Counted from the stretch's first letter, positions 28,926 through 39,178 are shown. The stretch: 64,000 nt of DNA from Trueperaceae bacterium (GCA_965215565.1 CBDCDZ010000004.1:3968001-4032000); one strand, 5' to 3'. Program-made: numbers and translations. The notes: generated from the sequence alone by a model not told the origin.

Positions 28926-29238
28926 GTGTTACCGCCTTTCTTGATGTTCCCCACACGGTACGTGAAAGTGACCGAGTAGACCGTAGGCTGCGCCAAAGAT
29001 TCTCTACAAAGCTGCGCTAAAGCTACGCTTGAGGGTGACTGCCAGGCTGCGCCAAAGATTCCCTGAGAATTACCTAAAACCGAGCCCTTAGCTTTTAGCC
29101 GTTAAAGAAGGCTTCTAAGCTAATACCTAGGAGCTAAAAGCCTTGCAAAAAACTGCGTCCAGGACAGCATAATGTGTTTTTGCAAAACATAAGTTCAAGG
29201 TGTTTGGGACGGAAACCTCATGACTAAATCCCAATCTT

Positions 29239-30135
29239 TTAAGCCGCGTGAGCCAGCGTCGGATTCGCGTCCTTGCTGCGCAGCAAACGCGCCGCCGCCA
29301 GCAGCCCGATGACTGTTTTCGCGAGAATATCCGCGAAGACGATTTCACCCATCGCTGCAACGCTCAAGGTCCCCGCGAAAGCGATTACCGTAAAGGTAAC
29401 TGAGTCAATCGGGATGCTGACCGCGTTTGAGGTGGCGACGCGGGTCAGCCAACGACGCGAGATAAAGCGCTGATAGACCTCGGTGTCGGCGGCTTCCGCT
29501 AAGACAATGGCGAGAAAGCCTGCCAAGAGAAAGCGGAGCGGAATTCCCAAGTAAAAGCTCAGCAGCATGTTCGTCACCGCCGCGACGAAAATCATCAGGT
29601 AGACCTGTGTGCGCCCGTAGCGGTGGACGCGGTCTCGTTGGGTGAAGGTGACGCCGAAGAATAGCGTACCGACGGAGAGCAGACCGAAAAGTGGCAAGGG
29701 GATAAAGGTGTCGAAGGTGAAGTTTGCCAAGAGCGTACAGAGGACGTAGACCGTCATCGCGGCGAGCATGGCGGCGTCCTCTTGTAAAAAGCGAGCGTAA
29801 AATTCGCCCATCAAAATAGCGATTAGTGGCGCGGTAAAAAAGAGGGGAGACGCGCCCGCGAAGAGGGTGAGCAGGCTCGAGACCAACCCATTGAGCAGTA
29901 ACGCAGTAAGGATCGTTCCTGCGAGCCGACCTCTTTCCCTAAGCTGCTGGCGCAGATGGTACATCACACCCGTAAAAAGTCCGCCAAAAAAGATAATGAC
30001 GATAAGAGGCAGCGTTGCAGATGCGGCGGCTACACCGTCATCCGATTGTGCTAGATAAAGAAGCAGCGAGCAGCCTAAATTTGCTGTAAGTGTAGCAATA
30101 AGGTAACTAACTATCGGGGAAACCCTAGAAAACAC
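29239..30135 (-). CDS. VUT/YhhQ-like (putative queuosine precursor) transporter with extra N-terminal TM segments
   Basis: LLAN...GTLFFGVTFTQRDRVH...AEAADTEVY...SNAVSIPIDS..F..IAF...K; GTG start after RBS GAGGAG. Confidence 0.75.
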   Translation of the reverse strand: MFSRVSPIVSYLIATLTANLGCSLLLYLAQSDDGVAAASATLPLIVIIFFGGLFTGVMYHLRQQLRERGRLAGTILTALLLNGLVSSLLTLFAGASPLFFTAPLIAILMGEFYARFLQEDAAMLAAMTVYVLCTLLANFTFDTFIPLPLFGLLSVGTLFFGVTFTQRDRVHRYGRTQVYLMIFVAAVTNMLLSFYLGIPLRFLLAGFLAIVLAEAADTEVYQRFISRRWLTRVATSNAVSIPIDSVTFTVIAFAGTLSVAAMGEIVFADILAKTVIGLLAAARLLRSKDANPTLAHAA

Positions 30136-30369
30136 GTAAAACTCCTCTTAAATTTGCGGTTGAGTGGAGCGGTCATGTCACCTCCCGCCGAAATAGAAGT
30201 ATAACGTACGTTCTGCCTCTCTACGCGGCTTGATGAACGAACGCTGAATCTTGTGAGGCACGTGCTGCAGACAGTTGGGCAGCTCTCGCAATCCTTTCTT
30301 CAAGCTTAGTTTGAATTCTAGGGCGTACCCCTCACCACTACCTCTTTAGCATTCAGTTATGCTCGCTAT

Positions 30370-30786
30370 ATGGCAAGCGAATTCACAAGCGAAGACTTTG
30401 TAGGTACAGCGGCAAATTCACTTTTAGAAACACTGAATATAGAGGTCACGTACGCCACGCCCGACGAGGTCAGGGCGACGATGCCCGTCACCTCCAAAGT
30501 CCATCAGCCCTACGGCATCTTGCACGGCGGCGCGTCCGTCGTTTTGGCAGAGACCGCCGCGAGCGTCGGCGCGTCGGTGAGCGTGGACTTGAAACAGCGG
30601 GCGGTGGGCTTGGAGATCAACGCGAACCACCTCCGCGCCAAACGTGACGGGACGTTAGAGGCGGTAGCGACGCCGCTTCACAAGGGGCGCACCACGCAAC
30701 TCTGGCAGATCGAGATTCGGGATGAAGAGGGCAAACTGGTATGCGTGTCGCGCTGCACGTTAGCGATTATCGAGGTGGAAGGCTAG
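30370..30786 (+). CDS. PaaI/MenI-like hotdog thioesterase
   Basis: HQPYGILHGGASVVLAET, VGLEINANH, GRTTQLW. Confidence 0.9.
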   Translation: MASEFTSEDFVGTAANSLLETLNIEVTYATPDEVRATMPVTSKVHQPYGILHGGASVVLAETAASVGASVSVDLKQRAVGLEINANHLRAKRDGTLEAVATPLHKGRTTQLWQIEIRDEEGKLVCVSRCTLAIIEVEG

Positions 30787-30979
30787 GTAGACCTCTTGGC
30801 AGTTCGCCCGAGTTAGATGAGTTCAAGTTTTTCGTTTGCAAGTTTCCTTATCTCGACCTCTTGCCTAGCTCCACGCAAAGAAAAATCCTCTACACCTTGT
30901 TGGATGCAGAGGTTTTCTCGAGGTACCGCGTTTTCAGCGAGAGGATACTTTTTCATCAGCCATACACTCAATTAAAATA

Positions 30980-31059
30980 GCGCAGGTACCATCTTTGAAC
31001 GTGCGTACTAAGCGATTTTCTCTCCTAGTGCGAGCGTTTCTGACCAGATGATACCTGCT
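30980..31059 (-). mobile_element. TAGCAG element core, copy 5 (in the tRNA-Pro 3' trailer)
   Basis: GCGCAGGTACCATC...GTGCGTACTA...CCAGATGATACCTGCT. Confidence 0.7.
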
Positions 31060-31063
31060 TGCG

Positions 31064-31140
<77 letters not shown>

Positions 31141-31146
31141 ATGTGC

Positions 31147-31224
31147 AGCAGGTATCATCTGGTTTACTACACGCTCAGCCGAGAAAACACTAACTAACGT
31201 GCGCATTTGAGAATGATATCTGCG
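31147..31224 (+). mobile_element. TAGCAG element core, copy 6 (in the tRNA-Pro 5' leader)
   Basis: AGCAGGTATCATCTGG...ATGATATCTGCG. Confidence 0.7.
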
Positions 31225-31258
31225 TAAGTATTTGGCAACCTGTTACGGAGCCGCTAAT

Positions 31259-31288
31259 AGTCTACTCGAGAATGCGTAAGAGCGTCAA
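31259..31288 (-). promoter_or_regulatory. Probable tRNA-Pro promoter
   Basis: TTGACG-18 nt-TAGACT on the minus strand. Confidence 0.6.
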
Positions 31289-31457
31289 GCAACCACGCTG
31301 CCGAGATACCCCCAAAAGTCGTATGACCTTAAGATTCTAACTGTTCCGGCTCTCGTCAAAACTTTGTAGATCGCCCGTTAGGAACACAGTTTCAACGCTT
31401 AGCACGGAATTGTAACCCAAAACACTCATACAACTTTTATAGGTGACTCCACGCTGC

Positions 31458-31904
31458 CTAGTTATCTTGCCGCACCACCATCACCGTGCAGGGCGCGTGC
31501 CGCACGATGCTTTCAGCGTCGTTGCCCAAGAGGATGCGCGAGGCGGTATTCTGCTCGCGGTTGCCAATAATGATGATGTCTATGCCTAGCTCTTCACTTA
31601 ACTTAATGATTTCGCCGTCTACTTTGCCCATGCGCACATAGGACTCAGTGATGGTACCGTTCATGTCTCTAATTTGCTGAACGTCCCGGTCAAGGCGTTC
31701 TTGCGCCTCTCTTTTGAGCTTGTCATACTGCGCGTTTGAAAGCGTGTCGGGGTGCGTCCACCGGGAGAGCATTCCGACGTGGATAACGTGCAACTCGGAG
31801 TCGGTCTTTTTGGCTAAGTCCACCGCCGTCTTCATGGTATGGGATATTCCCTTGATACCGTCCACAGTTAAGAGCAACTTCATGGGAAAGGTTTCTGCGT
31901 TCAT
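31458..31904 (-). CDS. Universal stress protein
   Basis: LLLTVDG...ELHVIHV...IIIIG...LLGNDAESIVRHAPCTVMVV. Confidence 0.92.
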   Translation of the reverse strand: MNAETFPMKLLLTVDGIKGISHTMKTAVDLAKKTDSELHVIHVGMLSRWTHPDTLSNAQYDKLKREAQERLDRDVQQIRDMNGTITESYVRMGKVDGEIIKLSEELGIDIIIIGNREQNTASRILLGNDAESIVRHAPCTVMVVRQDN

Positions 31905-32075
31905 GATTCACCCCTCTTCACTGATGAAAGCGTCGTTTGACTGAGCGACGCGCCCACTTGACCTCTTGTTTTCCTCTTGCTTTCTTACGGTTTTTTACCC
32001 GACTTCTTGACGTGTCCCCAAGCCTCTTGTTGAGGTGCTCGCGCGAGCACCTCTTGACCTCGCCCCAAAATATGC

Positions 32076-33395
32076 TTAGCGACTGTTACGTATAATCGTC
32101 TGCAACTCCCGTTGCAAATTCTGCACCGCCTCTTGCCCGTCTACCTCGCCGCGCAGCACGCGGTTAAAGGTTTGGGCGATGCGCTGTGACACGGCCGAGT
32201 AGAAAGGTGAGACGGGTCTGACCCGCGCATTTTCCACCGCGTCACGTCCGAGCGAGATGACGGGGACTTCGCCGGTAATCTCTTGGTCTTCGTAGAGAGG
32301 TTGCAGTGTCGGTAAGAAGCCACCCTCGAGCGCTCTAAGTTTCTGCTGCTCCGGGTTGGTGGCGAACTGGATAAAGGTCCAGGCTGCCTCCACGTTGTCA
32401 GATTGAGCGCTAATCATCAGGTTCCAACCGCCCAAGGTGGCAAAGGTTGGATTACCCTCCTCTACGACGGGAAGTTGGGCAACGCCAACCTGCTCAGGGG
32501 AGAGGTTTGAATCAGCAATCAATCCGTAAACATAGGGCCAGTTGCGCATAAAGACCGCGTCGCCCGCTAAAAACGCCTCGTACGCATCCTCTTCGCGAAA
32601 GGTGGCGACCTCTTGCGGCGCAACGCCGTCTGCGACGAGGCTCTGCGCGACGTCGAGACCTTGCGCCGAGTCCGCGCTGTCGATGTTGATGACGTTCGGG
32701 CTCGTGACGTTTTGCCCGAACGTACCCGCTACCGAGACGTTGCCCGTCAACACGCGCCCTCTCGCGCCCCAAATGAATTCCAGCGCGTTCGCCACGCCGC
32801 CTTCATAGGTGTCACCCTGAAAGACGAAGCCGTACTGGGTGTCCGAGTTTTGCGTGATCTGATCTGCCATTTCGCGCAGTTCGTCCCAGGTAGCGGGCGG
32901 CTCACTAAAGCCGTTTTGCTCCAAGAGGTCAGCGCGGTAGTACAGCAACCCGGCGTCAGTGAACCAAGGCACACCCCAGATGCGATTTTGGTACGTCGCC
33001 GACTCGAGGGCGGCTTCGACGAACTCACCCCGGTTGTAAGCGCTGTTGAAGCGCCCCGTGATGTCTCTCACCTGGTTGTTGTAGACCAACTCGGCGGTCC
33101 AGACGACGTCCGCGCCGATCACATCGATGTCCGAGGCTTCGGCTAAGAAATCCGATTGGAGTTGCCGCAAATACTCGTCCGTCGAGCGCGGCATTTCCGT
33201 CCACGTGACCTCGATCTCGCCCTGATACTCCTGATTGAAGCGGTCAATAAGCGCTTGCAAGCTGCCCGAGTCGTCCGGTCCGAAGGAGAAGACGATTTGG
33301 GTAGGTCCGCCTTGTGCGTGGACGCTTCCTAACAAAACGAAACAAAGAGCGAGTAAACCGCTGAGCCATTTGCCAGTTTGTTTCAGGTGTTTCAT
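32076..33395 (-). CDS. Sugar-binding protein of ABC type (trehalose/maltose-like)
   Basis: Signal peptide; DV..ADVVWTAE, PWFTDAGLLYYRADLL, PATWDEL, FMRNWPY, TLGGWNL, RPVSPFY. Confidence 0.9.
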   Translation of the reverse strand: MKHLKQTGKWLSGLLALCFVLLGSVHAQGGPTQIVFSFGPDDSGSLQALIDRFNQEYQGEIEVTWTEMPRSTDEYLRQLQSDFLAEASDIDVIGADVVWTAELVYNNQVRDITGRFNSAYNRGEFVEAALESATYQNRIWGVPWFTDAGLLYYRADLLEQNGFSEPPATWDELREMADQITQNSDTQYGFVFQGDTYEGGVANALEFIWGARGRVLTGNVSVAGTFGQNVTSPNVINIDSADSAQGLDVAQSLVADGVAPQEVATFREEDAYEAFLAGDAVFMRNWPYVYGLIADSNLSPEQVGVAQLPVVEEGNPTFATLGGWNLMISAQSDNVEAAWTFIQFATNPEQQKLRALEGGFLPTLQPLYEDQEITGEVPVISLGRDAVENARVRPVSPFYSAVSQRIAQTFNRVLRGEVDGQEAVQNLQRELQTIIRNSR

Positions 33396-33591
33396 CTGTG
33401 CACCCCTTCCTTTAGAGGTCTAGCGACATGCTGGGATAAATTGCAGGTCTTCATCTCATCATGGAGGTTAAGCGACGCCCCATCTGACGAGTGCGTTTGT
33501 GACCACCGCCGCTGCGCGGATACTGACGTGAACCGAACGCTAGTGAGACAGATTTTGAAAGTGCCCTGCGAAGCGGGTATACCTGCTTTAC

Positions 33592-35181
33592 TCACCAGAA
33601 CGACCCGACGATAATCGCAGTCAACACAACCAGCGCGATGGACTGATAGCGGTAGTTGAGATACCAGGGCACGTCGGCCAAGTCTTTGGTCTCCTGCCGC
33701 CAAATTTTGGGTTTCCAGACCAGGTCTTCCGTCTTTTCGACGGGCTCGGGCTCGGTGGCTAAGCTGATGCCCACGAAGAGGACGAGGCTGATGACGAGCG
33801 AAATCCCTGAGGCGTAGAGGAACTGAATGGTGAAGACACCCATAATCTCGTTGAGGATGAAGAAGACGATACCTAAAGGCACCATGATGGCGAGCGTCCA
33901 GAATGCGCCGTGACGGTTGCCGCGCTGCCAGGAGATACCGACTAAAAAGAGCACCACGATGGGCGGCACCGCGTAGGCGAGCACCGACTGAAAGTATTGC
34001 CAGAGCGTCGGGAAGCGCTGAATCTGCGGAGCCCAGAAGATGGCGACGGTCATGACGATGCCGGTGGTGATGCGCCCGATAAGGACCAACATGCGGTCAC
34101 TGGTGTCGGGGCGAAAGGTCTTGACGTAGTCCATCGTGACCAAAGTTGAGGCGGAGTTGAGGACGGAATCGACGCTCGAGGTAATCGCCGCCACGAGCGC
34201 TGCCAAAATCACCCCGCGCAAGCCAATCGGCAAGAGGTCAAAAGCCAGCGTCGGGAAGGCGAGGTCGGGGCTGGCGAGGTCAGGGTAAAGCACGATGGCC
34301 ATTACGCCGGGCAACACCATAATGAACAAGATCGGCAGCTTGAGAAAGCCCGCAAAGAGTGAGCCCCAGCGTCCGTGGTTGAGGTTTTTTGCGCCCAGGG
34401 TGCGCTGCACGATGAGTTGGTTCGTCGTCCAGAAGTAGATGCCGATAATCAGCACCCCGGTGAAGAGTCCAGGCCACGGCAGAGCGGGGTCAGAGATCGG
34501 CTGGATGATGCTCAGCGCCCCTTCGGGCGCAGCCTCGACCATCTCGCGCCACGAGGGTATCTCGAGCAGCGTCATAATAAAGACAATAGTGCCCCCAATA
34601 ATCAGCACCACCGCCTGAATCGAGTCGCTGATGACTACTGCGCCCAGCCCGCCGAAGATGGTGTAAACCCCTGCCAAGAGCGCCAATACGAGGATGTGAC
34701 CCCACAGGGGGACCGCCGGAAAGAGGGTCACGCCGACCAGCCCGCCCGCGTAGAGCGCCCCCGCACAATCTAAAAACATACTTAAAAAGATCAAGAAGCC
34801 CGAAAATGCCAAACGTGAGCGCCTATCGTAGCGCTCCTCCAAAAATTGCGGCATGGTGAAGACTTCGCTTCGGAGGTAGAAGGGCAGGATAAAAAAGACA
34901 AATAGGATGAGGATAATCGCCGCCATCCACTCGTAGGAATAGACCGAAATCCCCGAGTTGTAGCCCGCTCCAGCGAGCCCGACGAACGACGCCCCCGACA
35001 TGTTGGTGGCAAAGAGAGAAAAGCCAATCAAGGGCCAGGTGAAGTTGCGCCCCCCCAAGAAATACCCATCGCTGTCATCGCTGCCGCCCCTATTGAGCCA
35101 GAGCGGGATAAGGCGGCTCAAAATGAGATAACCAACCAAAATACCGATGTCGAGCCCTGTGATGTCGAATCTTTCGGACAT
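33592..35181 (-). CDS. Sodium:solute symporter (SGLT-like)
   Basis: YFLGGR, SLFATN, GLAG, YEW, GGL.AV..SD.IQ, FW.TNQ.IVQR.L. Confidence 0.93.
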   Translation of the reverse strand: MSERFDITGLDIGILVGYLILSRLIPLWLNRGGSDDSDGYFLGGRNFTWPLIGFSLFATNMSGASFVGLAGAGYNSGISVYSYEWMAAIILILFVFFILPFYLRSEVFTMPQFLEERYDRRSRLAFSGFLIFLSMFLDCAGALYAGGLVGVTLFPAVPLWGHILVLALLAGVYTIFGGLGAVVISDSIQAVVLIIGGTIVFIMTLLEIPSWREMVEAAPEGALSIIQPISDPALPWPGLFTGVLIIGIYFWTTNQLIVQRTLGAKNLNHGRWGSLFAGFLKLPILFIMVLPGVMAIVLYPDLASPDLAFPTLAFDLLPIGLRGVILAALVAAITSSVDSVLNSASTLVTMDYVKTFRPDTSDRMLVLIGRITTGIVMTVAIFWAPQIQRFPTLWQYFQSVLAYAVPPIVVLFLVGISWQRGNRHGAFWTLAIMVPLGIVFFILNEIMGVFTIQFLYASGISLVISLVLFVGISLATEPEPVEKTEDLVWKPKIWRQETKDLADVPWYLNYRYQSIALVVLTAIIVGSFW

Positions 35182-35562
35182 ACAGATTCCTCCCCTCGAG
35201 AGACCCCTAAGACATCGAAAAGATCACGTTGGGTTAGAAGCCACCTACGTTGAGTTGCAAACTTACCGGGAGTATACGCACCCGCAATAGAAAAAGCAAC
35301 CCCATCAATTAGGTTGCTCAAAAGGTGGAGAAAAACTGCTAGAAGGTTGGAAAGTTCGGTCTGCTGACAAAGGTCAATCGGGCGAATTCGTTTGGTTTTT
35401 TAGGCCTCGAGCCCAACTTCTTGAAAACACCGTCGGTGAGCACTGAACTAGGGCTCTCGAGCTTAGCTGACTGTAGCATTCTCGTATGACGCTGCAGGAT
35501 TCAGGAACGGAAGACCGGCGAGGCGGACCCGAGTGTCCTACCGTTTGGAAAGCAACTAAGGT

Positions 35563-35593
35563 AAAAGGGCGCTATTAATTAAGCGCCCTTTTT
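35563..35593. terminator. Bidirectional terminator after the second USP gene
   Basis: AAAAGGGCGCT-ATTAATTA-AGCGCCCTTTTT. Confidence 0.75.
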
Positions 35594-35642
35594 AGGTGTC
35601 GTGAAATGGCTCGAGCTAAGAGGTGATTCGTCTTAATCCTCG

Positions 35643-36083
35643 CTAGTCCTCCCTGCGCACCACTAAAACGGAGCAAGGCGCGTGCCGCACGATGCTCTCG
35701 GCGTCGTTGCCCAAAAGGATGCGCGAGGTGGCGCTCTGCTTGCGGCTGCCGATGACGATCATGTCCACCTCCAACTCGTCGCTGAGCCTCAGCACTTCGC
35801 CGTCCACGTCACCCAGTCTCAAGTGGGACTGCGTCACGCTCCCGCCCAAGTCCTCGATCTCTTTTTTGTTGTTGTCCAGGCGTATCTGCGCCCTGTCTTT
35901 GAACTTCTCCAACTGTCCCGGCGACATCGGCTCAAAGTGCGCACCGTAGTAGAGGATGCCGACGTGAACCACATGCAACTCCGCTCCGAAGCCGTTCGCC
36001 AACTCAACCGCTGTATTGATGGAGGGGGAAGGACCTTCATAACCGTCGATGGCAAGCAGGATTTTCTTCGGAGGAATGCTCAT
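35643..36083 (-). CDS. Universal stress protein, paralog of 31458-31904
   Basis: ILLAIDG...SRILLGNDAESIVRHAPCSVLVV; start MSIPP after RBS AAGGAG. Confidence 0.92.
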   Translation of the reverse strand: MSIPPKKILLAIDGYEGPSPSINTAVELANGFGAELHVVHVGILYYGAHFEPMSPGQLEKFKDRAQIRLDNNKKEIEDLGGSVTQSHLRLGDVDGEVLRLSDELEVDMIVIGSRKQSATSRILLGNDAESIVRHAPCSVLVVRRED

Positions 36084-36384
36084 AGGGTGACGCTCCTTTT
36101 CGTTTGCGCTTAGCCAAGCCCGAGCCCTGTCCGACGTCATGCCACTCGAGTCTTTGCCCGACACTATAGCAGACACCTTTCGGCGGGCTAATGTGTCTAG
36201 GCTTGCTATTGGACTTTTACCACCGAGGCGAAAAAAGCAGCATCTCAGCTAGTCAGGAAAAAAGCTAAAATCCAGTCAAGCTGGTGTATGTAAATTCTTG
36301 CGAAGCCCTAAAGGATTTCCTGCGGTCACAAGCAAACGGTTCGACAAAGTCAAAACTTGCGTGAGCTGACTATCTGATATAATC

Positions 36385-36517
36385 GCAGGTATCACCTGGT
36401 CAGCTACACTCTTACTAAAGAGAACATCGCCTAGCACGCACTTTCAGGGATGAGATTCCGCTATTGCTGCGCAATGAGATCTGCGGAGAAGTGTAACAAC
36501 GATAAGTGGAACTGATA
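36385..36517 (+). mobile_element. TAGCAG element, copy 7 (ends slightly eroded)
   Basis: GCAGGTATCACCTGG...TAGCACGCAC...GATAAGTGGAACTGATA. Confidence 0.7.
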
Positions 36518-36743
36518 TAGGTTAGAGCAAAGCTCAAAGCTTCTCCCGAAGGTGCGCTTTATCCTGCGAAGCAAGGACTTGCGCGTTGGCCAACGAAGCT
36601 ACGCAAACGAAGTTTCCCCTCCCGATTACACTGTTTTCGCAAAGGCGAAAGGGAAACTTCGTAACCGGGAACTATGTGCTTCATCTATACTGAGATGCTG
36701 ACTCCCTCAAGACCACCCTCGGCAAATGCGTTATCCTACCCCC

Positions 36744-37514
36744 ATGAAATCTACGCGAACTCCCCTGATGGCAGCCAACTGGAAGATGAACAAGCTCCCG
36801 AGCGAAGCCGAAGGTTGGGCGAACACCTTTAAGGACCGCCTCACGCACGTCGATAACTTTGACAATGTGGATGTGGTGCTGTGCGCGCCTTTCCCCCACC
36901 TCACGCTCTTACACACCATCCTCACGGACAGCCCCGCCGAGCTGGGCGCGGAGGACGTGAGCGCGTATGAGTCGGGCGCGTACACGGGCGAAGTTTCAGC
37001 GGCGATGCTCAAAGATGTGGGCGTGACGTACGTCATCATAGGGCATTCAGAGCGGCGCGCGTATCACGCCGAAGATGACGATCTGGTCCGTGAAAAGATG
37101 AACATCGCCCTAGAGCACGGGCTCAAGCCGATTCTCTGCGTGGGCGAAACTGAGGAGCAGCGTGACGAGGGTAAGGCGAAAGAGGTTGTGCTAGACCAAC
37201 TCAAAGCGGACTTGCGAGACCTCTCTATGAGCAGCGCGGACGCCTTCGCTGTCGCTTACGAACCCGTCTGGGCAATTGGCACGGGCAAAACAGCCACAGC
37301 GGACGACGCCCAGGAGATGTGCGCGGAGATTCGGCGTGCGCTCCGTGACCTCTTGCCTGACGTTGCCGAAGAGGTGCGCATCGTCTACGGCGGCTCGATG
37401 AAGCCTAACAACGCCGACGAGCTTTTAGCGCAAGAGGATATTGATGGGGGCTTAGTCGGCGGCGCGAGCTTGGAGGTGGACTCCTTTATCCAACTTGTCG
37501 AGGCGGCTAAGTGA
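36744..37514 (+). CDS. tpiA: Triosephosphate isomerase
   Basis: ANWKMN, GAYTGEVS, GHSERR, AYEPVWAIGTG, YGGS, LVGGASL. Confidence 0.97.
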   Translation: MKSTRTPLMAANWKMNKLPSEAEGWANTFKDRLTHVDNFDNVDVVLCAPFPHLTLLHTILTDSPAELGAEDVSAYESGAYTGEVSAAMLKDVGVTYVIIGHSERRAYHAEDDDLVREKMNIALEHGLKPILCVGETEEQRDEGKAKEVVLDQLKADLRDLSMSSADAFAVAYEPVWAIGTGKTATADDAQEMCAEIRRALRDLLPDVAEEVRIVYGGSMKPNNADELLAQEDIDGGLVGGASLEVDSFIQLVEAAK

Positions 37515-38563
37515 GCGCAATCGACACGCTGAGAGAAAAATTCAGCGAGTTAGAGGTGGACGCGCTCCTCGTAACGCAACCTGCGAATGTGCGCTACTTG
37601 TCAGGCTTCAAGACGCCCGAAGACGGGCGCGTGCTCATCACCGAGGACTTCGCGGTGCTGATTACGGACGGGCGTTACATCGCGCAAGCGGCGGAAGAGT
37701 CTAGGCTCAACGTCGAAATTGCCGAGCAGAACTGGCTAGAGGATGTCGCCGAGCGCATCGGCGAGCGTCGCGTCGCGCTGGAGAGTGACCACGTTACGCA
37801 CGCTTTATTCAACAAGATGGCGGAGAAGTTAGCGCGTGAACCCGCCCCGTCCGAAGGGCTCGTCGGTGAACTCAGGCTGCGCAAAACGCCGCAGGAGATC
37901 GAGACCTTGCGGCAGGCGGCGCGAGTCACTGACGAGGCGTATTCGCATATTTTGAACTTCATAGGGGCGGGGCAGCAAGAACTCGAGGTAGCCCTAGAGT
38001 TAGAGCGCTTCATGCGGCGAGCGGGCGCGGAGACGAAGAGCTTCGAAATCATCGTGGCGAGCGGCGTGCGGAGCGCGATGCCCCACGGCGTCGCCTCGCA
38101 AAAGGTCATCGAACGGGGTGACCTGGTCACGCTCGACTTCGGCGCGCGGGTGGACGGTTACCACGCCGATATGACCAGGGCGGTCGCCATCGGCGAGATT
38201 GGCGGCGAACTAAGAACCATGTTCGATACGGTTTTAGAGGCGCAGGAGACTGCGCTGCACGCCCTCGCACCCGGCAAAGACGGGCGCGACATCGACGCGC
38301 TAGCGAGAGAGGTCTTGAGCGCCAAAAACCTAGAGGAGCACTTTCCGCACGGCTTGGGGCACGGCGTCGGTTTGCAGATTCACGAGGGACCGCGCCTCTC
38401 GAAGCGCGTCTCGCAGACCTTGGAGCCGGGTATGGCAGTCACAGTCGAGCCGGGCGTCTACATCCCCGACAAGGGCGGCGTGCGCATCGAGGACTTGGCG
38501 GTCATCACGGAGGGCGGTTACGAGCGGCTTTCGCACAGCGATAAGTCGTTCGTACAGATTTGA
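37511..38563 (+). CDS. Xaa-Pro amino/dipeptidase (M24B)
   Basis: DFGA...YHADMTR, HGLGHGVGL.IHE, TVEPGVY, GVRIED. Confidence 0.93.
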   Translation: MSAIDTLREKFSELEVDALLVTQPANVRYLSGFKTPEDGRVLITEDFAVLITDGRYIAQAAEESRLNVEIAEQNWLEDVAERIGERRVALESDHVTHALFNKMAEKLAREPAPSEGLVGELRLRKTPQEIETLRQAARVTDEAYSHILNFIGAGQQELEVALELERFMRRAGAETKSFEIIVASGVRSAMPHGVASQKVIERGDLVTLDFGARVDGYHADMTRAVAIGEIGGELRTMFDTVLEAQETALHALAPGKDGRDIDALAREVLSAKNLEEHFPHGLGHGVGLQIHEGPRLSKRVSQTLEPGMAVTVEPGVYIPDKGGVRIEDLAVITEGGYERLSHSDKSFVQI

Positions 38564-38713
38564 TTTTGCGCGGGTGTGATGTCGCTGCGCGCGTCGGATG
38601 AGGCGGAGGACTGTAGGGTATGCTCCGCTCACCGGGCTGAGCGTGCTTCTATACTGCTTTAACCGCTAGAATGGAACTGCTCAACCGGTGACGCAACCTA
38701 GGGCTGGAAAGAG

Positions 38714-39073
38714 GTGAAGATGAAAAGGATAGGTATTGGACTGCTGAGCCTCCTCATGTTGGCGGGATGCGCGAGCGGACCGGAGCAAACGCTTTCAGAA
38801 GAGTTAAACGACGCGCGCGCGTCGTTTAACGCGCTCGAGACCCGCGCCGAAGAGGTGGTAGAGCGTAGCGGCGAGCTGGAGCGGCGCAACAACACGCTCA
38901 GCCAGGAGAACGAGCAACTGAGCGCGCGCGCCGAAACGCTGAGCGCCCAAAATGAGCAGCTTACCGAGGAGAATAGGCGGCTCGAGCAGCAGTTAGAGCA
39001 GGTTTCGGGCGCACTCCGCAACGCGGTCAGCAGCCTTAACGAAACCGAGAACGCGCCCTCCGAGGGCGAATGA
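38714..39073 (+). CDS. Coiled-coil lipoprotein 1
   Basis: Lipobox LAGC; heptads such as NNTLSQE/NEQLSAR/AETLSAQ/NEQLTEE. Confidence 0.8.
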   Translation: MKMKRIGIGLLSLLMLAGCASGPEQTLSEELNDARASFNALETRAEEVVERSGELERRNNTLSQENEQLSARAETLSAQNEQLTEENRRLEQQLEQVSGALRNAVSSLNETENAPSEGE

Positions 39074-39178
39074 GCGGGCGAGTCTATATTTCAGTACCCC
39101 AAGTGTGACGAGCACTCCTCTTATTGTAAGTCACATTTCATATACTCGGTGCGAAACCCCTAGTACGAAGGAGAGGTC

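Noticed and set aside
30201..30246. Second PaaR-like site (ATAACGTACGTTCT) near the hotdog thioesterase
   Set aside because: Only the AACG-NN-CGTT core matches and it is about 160 bp from that gene's leaderless start; too weak to call.
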